The translations under genes and the position numbers were made by a program. 64,000 bases of DNA, from assembly GCA_036821185.1 (NCBI GenBank), contig DAISKD010000001.1, positions 505,934 to 569,933 of the forward strand, read 5' to 3'. This DNA is from Chloroflexota bacterium. Lineage in GTDB: Bacteria; Chloroflexota; Dehalococcoidia; GIF9; UBA5629. Shown in pieces: positions 58,641-64,000 of the stretch (positions are counted from its first letter, which is position 1; each line of letters starts with the position of its first letter). Below the pieces are notes generated by a model. It saw only the letters and a program-made list of their open reading frames with translations. It was not told the DNA's origin and did not search any database.

Positions 58641-61087
58641 CAGTCCGTCTTGCCTACGGGGACTTTGTTTTTCTTTCTAGTCTGGAAGGTTAACCCACCT
58701 TCTTTAACATCCACAACCACATTATCGCCATCGCTTAGCTCGCCGCTCAATATCCGGCCTGAGAGTGGGTTTTCCACAAAACGCTGGATCGCTCGCCTCA
58801 ATGGGCGCGCCCCATAAATTGGCTCATACCCCTCTTTTAGCAACCACGACCTCGCCTCCTCGGTGAGCTCCAGGTGTACATTGCGGTCACTCAGCCGCTT
58901 TTCAACTTCCAGAACCAGCAGATCTACTATTTTCTTTAAGTGCTCCTCGGTCAAGGGCTGGAAAATTATAACGTCATCGATCCTGTTGAGGAACTCGGGG
59001 CGGAACGTCCGCTTTAACTCACTCTCTATTGCACTGCGCAGCCGCTGTTGTTCGCTCTTCTCCTGGCGCGAAAAACCAATAGCCTGCTTCTGGAATTCCT
59101 GAGTGCCCAGGTTGCTGGTCATTATCACTACGGTGTTCTTGAAATCAACCGTCCTGCCGTGCCCATCGGTCAACCTTCCATCTTCAAGTATCTGAAGCAT
59201 AATGTTGAATACATCGGGATGCGCCTTCTCAATCTCATCGAACAGAATAACGCGGAACGGACGCCGCCGTACCGCCTCGGTAAGCTGCCCTGCTTCTTCG
59301 TAGCCAATGTAGCCAGGTGGCGCACCGATGAGCCGCGATACGGTATGCTTCTCCATAAACTCGGACATATCTAGCCGTATCATCGCATCCTCATCGTCAA
59401 ACAGGAACTCCGCCAGAGCTTTCGCCAGCTCAGTCTTGCCCACACCGGTGGGACCGAGAAAGATGAAACTGCCTATCGGCCTCCTGGGGTCTTTAAGCCC
59501 TGCCCGCGCCCGCCGGATTGCCTCGCATACCGCTTTGACCGCTTCGTCCTGATTCACAATCCTCTGGTGTATTCTCTCCTCCATGTGAAGTAGCTTTTCC
59601 GCTTCGCCCTCCAGCATACGGGCCACGGGGATACCCGTCCACTTAGAGACAAGCTCAGCTATGATTTCCTCGCCCACCACACTTTCGATCTTTTTCCCTT
59701 TGCGCCACTCTGCCTCCGCCTGCTCACGCTCTTGCTCCAGCTTAAGCCTTTGCGATTTCAGCTCTGCAGCTTTCTGATAGTCAGCGCGCTGCGAAGCCGC
59801 CTCCTCTTCCTCTTGCAGGTGTCTTACCTCATTGTCCAGCGCCTTTATATGCGCCGGTTTGCTCTCCATGTCAATGCGCAGTTTGCTTGCCGCCTCGTCG
59901 ATCAAATCAATCGCCTTGTCGGGCAGAAACCGCCCCGAGATATAACGGTGACTCAACCTAGCAGCCGCCACCAGCGCTGAGTCATCAATTTTTATTTTGT
60001 GATGGGCTTCATATCTGGGACGTAGCCCACGGAGCATATCAATTGTTGCTTCAATGCTAGGCTCATCAATAAACACTGGCTGAAGACGCCGCTCAAGTGC
60101 CTTGTCCTTCTCAATATGCTCCCGGTACTCATCCAGGGTAGTAGCACCTACGCACTGTAGCTCACCACGGGACAGCGCCGGCTTTAACATATTGCTGGCA
60201 TCAATAGCCCCCTCCGCAGCACCAGCACCGACCACAGTATGTATTTCATCAATAAACAGGATGATTTCCCCATTGGACTGACGCACCTCGTCCATCACCG
60301 CCTTGAGTCGCTCTTCAAATTCCCCTCTGAACTTGCTCCCAGCTACCAATGCCCCCATGTCCAGCGCTATTATCCGCCTGTTCCTTAAAGAGTCTGGCAC
60401 ATCCCCGGATGCGATCTTCTGTGCCAGCCCTTCAGCAATGGCTGTCTTGCCTACACCTGCCTCACCGATTATCACCGGATTGTTCTTCGTCCGACGGGTA
60501 AGAATCTGCATCACCCGCTTTATCTCCTCGTCACGGCCGATCACCGGGTCGAGTTTGCCCTGACGCGCTAACTCAGTGAGGTCTCGCCCATACTTCTCCA
60601 GAGACCGGTACTTCGCCTCGGCGGTAGGGCTATCAGCCCTATGTCTTCCCCTTATGCTCTGCAAAGCCTGATATATTTTCTCCTGGTCCACGCCAAACTC
60701 TTTCAAAATCGCCGCCGCTTCACCTCTTCCCTCGCTGGCAATAGCCACCAGCAGGTGCTCCACACCGATAAAATCGTCCTTCAGTCGGTTTGCCTCGCGG
60801 GCAGCATTCTGCAACAGATGGCGGAAACGGGGGGTCTCGAATACCTGCAACACCTCGAGGGACATCTTTGGTGCCGAATCGAGTACCATCTCCAGGCGTT
60901 TCCTCAGCGCACCTGTATTCACGCCGATCCGTTCCAGCAATTGCACCGCCAGCCCACTTTCTTGTTCCAACAGGGCTAGGAGCACATGTTCCACATCAAG
61001 CTGACTGTGACGGTAACGTCGCACCAGCACCAGCGAGCCAGCCAGCGCTTCTTGTGCCTGTTCGGTGAACCTTTCCGGCCTCATCAC
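58640..61087 (-). CDS. clpC: Clp ATPase chaperone, ClpC-type (two AAA+ modules, short middle domain, IGF loop)
   Basis: The N-terminal Clp_N repeats are present. The D1 Walker A motif GEAGVGKT and the D2 Walker A motif GPTGVGKTE are present. The sequence AIGFSRQ matches the ClpP-docking loop. A middle domain of about 70 aa and a total of 815 aa fit ClpC/ClpA better than ClpB. Confidence 0.85.
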   Translation of the reverse strand: MMRPERFTEQAQEALAGSLVLVRRYRHSQLDVEHVLLALLEQESGLAVQLLERIGVNTGALRKRLEMVLDSAPKMSLEVLQVFETPRFRHLLQNAAREANRLKDDFIGVEHLLVAIASEGRGEAAAILKEFGVDQEKIYQALQSIRGRHRADSPTAEAKYRSLEKYGRDLTELARQGKLDPVIGRDEEIKRVMQILTRRTKNNPVIIGEAGVGKTAIAEGLAQKIASGDVPDSLRNRRIIALDMGALVAGSKFRGEFEERLKAVMDEVRQSNGEIILFIDEIHTVVGAGAAEGAIDASNMLKPALSRGELQCVGATTLDEYREHIEKDKALERRLQPVFIDEPSIEATIDMLRGLRPRYEAHHKIKIDDSALVAAARLSHRYISGRFLPDKAIDLIDEAASKLRIDMESKPAHIKALDNEVRHLQEEEEAASQRADYQKAAELKSQRLKLEQEREQAEAEWRKGKKIESVVGEEIIAELVSKWTGIPVARMLEGEAEKLLHMEERIHQRIVNQDEAVKAVCEAIRRARAGLKDPRRPIGSFIFLGPTGVGKTELAKALAEFLFDDEDAMIRLDMSEFMEKHTVSRLIGAPPGYIGYEEAGQLTEAVRRRPFRVILFDEIEKAHPDVFNIMLQILEDGRLTDGHGRTVDFKNTVVIMTSNLGTQEFQKQAIGFSRQEKSEQQRLRSAIESELKRTFRPEFLNRIDDVIIFQPLTEEHLKKIVDLLVLEVEKRLSDRNVHLELTEEARSWLLKEGYEPIYGARPLRRAIQRFVENPLSGRILSGELSDGDNVVVDVKEGGLTFQTRKKNKVPVGKTD

Positions 61088-61126
61088 ACTATCCTTGGAG
61101 CTAAACTAAGACCACCTCCCCCAAAA

Positions 61127-61405
61127 CTACCCGCTACCGAATTCTTCCGCTACCAATTTGTCCCGGTACCCGATAACCAGGTTGCACTCCGGACCCACGC
61201 AGCATTCGATCCTCTTCCTGAGCTCAGCATCCAGCCTGCGCTTACCTGCATTTGGCGCCTCTCTTTTGTACCGGTTGTACCAGGCACAACTTGCTGACCA
61301 GTCTTTGTTCACCATTATAGTGACAAAATCACCGACCCGCTCACATTTTACTGTGGTAGCCGTGACTTGCCATCCAGCCGGTCTAAGTCCGATATTCTCA
61401 GTCAT
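61127..61405 (-). CDS. Hypothetical Cys-containing protein (start trimmed to MTENIG)
   Basis: It is an ORF of about 93 aa between hspR and clpC on the same strand. There is no recognisable domain. Confidence 0.3.
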   Translation of the reverse strand: MTENIGLRPAGWQVTATTVKCERVGDFVTIMVNKDWSASCAWYNRYKREAPNAGKRRLDAELRKRIECCVGPECNLVIGYRDKLVAEEFGSG

Positions 61406-61733
61406 TGCTCTCCCCGACCCCTTTGGCAAGTTGTCTTAGACGCTCCAGCTCTGCTTCCAACTCTAGCAACCTCTGCTGCATCTCAGCCATCCTCTCTGCC
61501 ATACGCATCACCACCTCCACGCCAGCCAGATTGATCCCTAGGTCATCCATTAGGGACTTGATATGGCGGACACAGGCGATATCCCTCTCTGAATAGTAGC
61601 GGATGTTCCCCTTAGAACGATACGGGCGGACAAGACCTAACCTTTCATAGTACCTTAAGGTATAGGTCTCCACACCCGCTATCCTGGCAGCCACACTTAT
61701 CACATATTTGGGCTCCGAGTCCTGCGAAGTCAT
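61398..61733 (-). CDS. hspR: MerR-family transcriptional regulator, HspR-like heat-shock repressor
   Basis: The helix-turn-helix YVISVAARIAGVETYTLRYYERLGLVRP is present. It sits directly downstream of the dnaJ-like gene and upstream of clpC, which is the classic hspR context. Confidence 0.7.
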   Translation of the reverse strand: MTSQDSEPKYVISVAARIAGVETYTLRYYERLGLVRPYRSKGNIRYYSERDIACVRHIKSLMDDLGINLAGVEVVMRMAERMAEMQQRLLELEAELERLRQLAKGVGESND

Positions 61734-61769
61734 CCTATCTTATCACCCCTCCAGCCAATTGACAATATC

Positions 61770-62759
61770 CTAACTCGCTCCGGAACGAAGCAACTTGAGC
61801 TGTTGAAAGAGTTGCTTCTCCTGCGATGACAGCCCTGTGGGCAATACCACCTTCACCTTGGCGAAAAGGTCCCCATAAGCGGAGTTTCCAAGTTGCGGCA
61901 TCCCTTGACCTGCTAGCCGAAATACCATCCCGTTCTGGGTTTCCGGAGGCACCTTAAGCACCACCTTGCCCTTCAGCGTCGGTACCTCCACCTCCCCACC
62001 AAGTACGGCAGTAAACAACGGCACCGCCACTTCGAGATAAAGGTCATCGCCCTTCCTCTCAAAAACATGGTGCGGCAGCACTTTCACCACAAGGTAAAGG
62101 TCACCTCTGCTGCCATCCGGGCCTAAGCACCCCTGACCGGCAACGCGAACCCTGGAACCATCCTTCACCCCCGGCGGGATTTTGACTTCCAGCCTTCTCG
62201 CCCGCCGTTCCCAGCCAGACCCATTACAGCCGGAACAGTGTTGGCCGATAGTTCCTTTATACGCCACCCTGCCCCTACCTCCACACAGGGCACACGGGAC
62301 CTCATCCCAGACCTCAATTACACGTTTCGCGCCCTGATACGCCTCTTCCAATGTCACCTCAACAGGATATTTCAGTATGCCGGGCTTTCTCGACTGGCGA
62401 AAAGTGCCACCACCATACGAAATATCCCGTAAAATGTCTTCAAGGATGCTCCCCAGACCCTCGAACTCAATGGTGGTATAAGCCGAATCACCGGGAGTTG
62501 AACCTCCCATTCCCCCGACATTGCCTAAATCGGTGGCATATTGCCACTGCTCTCCGAAACGGTCGTATTTTCCCCGTTTGGCCGGGTCGGAAAGCATTTC
62601 GTAAGCCTCGTTTATCTCCTTGAACTTGGCTTCAGCTGCCTTATCGCCAGGGTTGACATCTGGATGGTACCTTCGCGCCAGCCGGCGATAGGCCTGCTTT
62701 ATCTCTTTGTCGGTAGCATTACGGCTTACACCCAATATGGCATAGTAGTCCTTCGCCAT
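61770..62759 (-). CDS. dnaJ: DnaJ-like co-chaperone (J domain plus a reduced zinc-finger region with two CxxCxGxG repeats). True start is MAKDYY, not the ORF-track 62807.
   Basis: The J domain reads DYYAILGVSRNATDKEIKQAYRRLARRYHPDVN. The zinc-finger repeats are CALCGGRG and CSGCNGSG. A GAGGTG ribosome-binding site precedes the ATG at 62759. Confidence 0.85.
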   Translation of the reverse strand: MAKDYYAILGVSRNATDKEIKQAYRRLARRYHPDVNPGDKAAEAKFKEINEAYEMLSDPAKRGKYDRFGEQWQYATDLGNVGGMGGSTPGDSAYTTIEFEGLGSILEDILRDISYGGGTFRQSRKPGILKYPVEVTLEEAYQGAKRVIEVWDEVPCALCGGRGRVAYKGTIGQHCSGCNGSGWERRARRLEVKIPPGVKDGSRVRVAGQGCLGPDGSRGDLYLVVKVLPHHVFERKGDDLYLEVAVPLFTAVLGGEVEVPTLKGKVVLKVPPETQNGMVFRLAGQGMPQLGNSAYGDLFAKVKVVLPTGLSSQEKQLFQQLKLLRSGAS

Positions 62760-62778
62760 CGCGTTCACCTCATAATTT

Positions 62779-62807
62779 ATTATAGTAGTCTCAAAAAAAT
62801 ATGTCAA
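62779..62807 (-). promoter_or_regulatory. Sigma70-like promoter for dnaJ-hspR: -35 TTGACA (62807–62802), 17-nt spacer, -10 TATAAT (62784–62779)
   Basis: Both hexamers are perfect consensus with a 17-nt spacer, read on the minus strand. Confidence 0.45.
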
Positions 62808-62846
62808 TTACGTGGCATATATACTAACACAGTTATATAAATGCTC

Positions 62847-62875
62847 TTGACAAAATTGTGTCAACTTTCTATAAT
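62847..62875 (+). promoter_or_regulatory. Sigma70-like promoter for hsp20: -35 TTGACA 62847–62852 and -10 TATAAT 62870–62875, with a palindromic operator TTGACA-N6-TGTCAA (62847–62864) overlapping the -35
   Basis: Perfect hexamers with a 17-nt spacer. The inverted repeat is perfect and covers -35 and the spacer. Confidence 0.5.
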
Positions 62876-62938
62876 TGTTATTGGTGAGTGGGATCCAGCA
62901 GGCTGACGAAAGGCGAATAAAAGAAAGGAGGTGAGATA

Positions 62939-63406
62939 ATGACAGCTTTAGCGCGATGGGAACCACTGCGTGACATTATTAGTCTGAGGGATGCCATGGA
63001 CAGGCTATTTGAGGATAGCTTTGTCCGGCTTTCCCGCCTCTGGCCCACGCTCGGCGAGTGGCAGCTTCCTATCGACATGTATCAGACTGAGAATGAGGTC
63101 GTGGTAAAGGCTGCTGTTCCCGGCTTCAAGCCAGAGGAGATCGATATCTCTATAACCGGTGACACCCTTACCATAAAGGGTGAACATAAAGAGGGCAACC
63201 AGGTAAAGGAAGAGGACTACTTTTACAGGGAATGCCGTTTCGGTGCCTTCAGCCGCTCACTGACCATCCCGGTCAAAGTAAAGACCGACAAGGCTGAAGC
63301 GGTTTTCGAAAACGGCATGCTCACCTTGACTTTGCCCAAAGCTGAGGAGGTAAAACCTAAACAGATCAAGGTCAAAGTCAAGGCTGAGAAAGAGTCTAAG
63401 AATTGA
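62939..63406 (+). CDS. Hsp20/alpha-crystallin family small heat-shock protein
   Basis: The alpha-crystallin domain and the sequence GVLTLTLPKAEE are present. A strong AAGGAGGTG ribosome-binding site is present. The protein is 155 aa. Confidence 0.9.
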   Translation: MTALARWEPLRDIISLRDAMDRLFEDSFVRLSRLWPTLGEWQLPIDMYQTENEVVVKAAVPGFKPEEIDISITGDTLTIKGEHKEGNQVKEEDYFYRECRFGAFSRSLTIPVKVKTDKAEAVFENGMLTLTLPKAEEVKPKQIKVKVKAEKESKN

Positions 63407-63416
63407 CCATAAATAA

Positions 63417-63992
63417 TCACTGCTGGATCCCACTCGCCTGCTGCCACACATCCAGGAACTGTTGCACAATGCGGGCAGTAGCACCCCAGATGATACGGCC
63501 CTCATATTCATAGACATAGCCAACAACGGACTGGTCGCCGAAAATATAACTCTCTTCCCTACGCCCCACACCAGATAGCAGAAAGGATATGGGCACCCCG
63601 AACACTTCGTCTATCTCCGCCCTATTGATGGTAAACTCGTAAGGATATGGGACAAAAGCCACAAACGGCGAGATGCTAAAGTTGGAGGTCGTTGTCGGCG
63701 TATCATCTAACTCGCCCACCACCTCTACATCTCGAGCCCTTAGTCCGATCTCTTCCCAGCTTTCCCTCAGCGCCGTGTCTTTAAGACTAACATCAGCCTC
63801 ACTCCTCGCTCCTCCAGGAAAGGAGACTTGCCCTTTATGGTAAGCAACAAGCTGACTCCGCCTCGTAAACAGAAGATAGTAATCCCCTGCTTTATCGAAA
63901 ATGGGCACCAACACAGCAGCTTCAGCTAGCCCGCTGCCACTGAGACGTCTTTTGCGACGCAACGACAGCACCTGCCTAAGCCTGTCCTTCAT
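63417..63992 (-). CDS. NUDIX hydrolase, CoA pyrophosphatase (NudL-like)
   Basis: The Nudix box GQVSFPGGARSEADVSLKDTALRESWEEIGL is present. The upstream motif LLFTRRS is typical of CoA pyrophosphatases. Confidence 0.7.
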   Translation of the reverse strand: MKDRLRQVLSLRRKRRLSGSGLAEAAVLVPIFDKAGDYYLLFTRRSQLVAYHKGQVSFPGGARSEADVSLKDTALRESWEEIGLRARDVEVVGELDDTPTTTSNFSISPFVAFVPYPYEFTINRAEIDEVFGVPISFLLSGVGRREESYIFGDQSVVGYVYEYEGRIIWGATARIVQQFLDVWQQASGIQQ

Positions 63993-64000
63993 CCGTGAGC

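Noticed and set aside
62760-62840. Canonical HAIR (HspR) operator upstream of dnaJ
   Set aside because: Only a partial half-site (TTGAG) could be matched. I therefore report the TTGACA/TGTCAA palindrome instead and leave the true operator open.

Overview
This 64-kb window reads as a chromosomal segment of a moderately GC-rich bacterium, with no phage or plasmid hallmarks. In order it contains six parts. (1) Acyl-CoA metabolism and transport, 1–17,990: two divergent paralogous acyl-CoA synthetases, a K+-independent H+-pyrophosphatase, an ABC-2 exporter with an exported accessory protein, a family-5 solute-binding protein, a PQQ beta-propeller protein, two acyl-CoA dehydrogenases and an MFS transporter. 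(2) A surface-polysaccharide locus, 18,196–33,500: GT2 and GT4 glycosyltransferases, two sugar-nucleotidyltransferases, rmlACBD, an FAD oxidoreductase, a Wzm/Wzt ABC exporter and a zinc-ribbon SAM methyltransferase with a helical tail. The distal end of this locus is decaying: a frameshifted sulfatase-like gene, a GT2 with no canonical start codon, fused through one in-frame TAG to an upstream 193-aa ORF (amber nonsense or two-domain fusion), a shattered type-I phosphodiesterase gene, and a truncated CysN-like GTPase gene with an in-frame TAA. The decay zone is punctuated by a dispersed palindromic, G-quadruplex-capable repeat family at three loci. (3) A DUF523 gene, a PP-loop ATPase, an unlisted 46-aa zinc-ribbon gene, and a ChlI-like AAA+ / vWA gene pair. 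(4) A complete chemotaxis operon (MCP, CheW, CheA, CheC/X, CheD, CheY, CheB, CheR) with no flagellar genes in the window. It ends in an HD-GYP protein whose HD histidine is replaced by lysine, followed by a small FliM-like CheY-binding-motif/zinc-ribbon protein. (5) A MarR regulator, a second ABC-2 exporter and tRNA-Ala(GGC). (6) A heat-shock unit: clpC, hspR, a dnaJ-like gene and a divergent hsp20, with sigma70-like promoters and a palindromic operator. I see no single planted novel system. The best candidates for something undescribed are the repeat family, the coordinated gene decay, the CheY-binding zinc-ribbon protein with the degenerate HD-GYP, and the AAA+/vWA pair.
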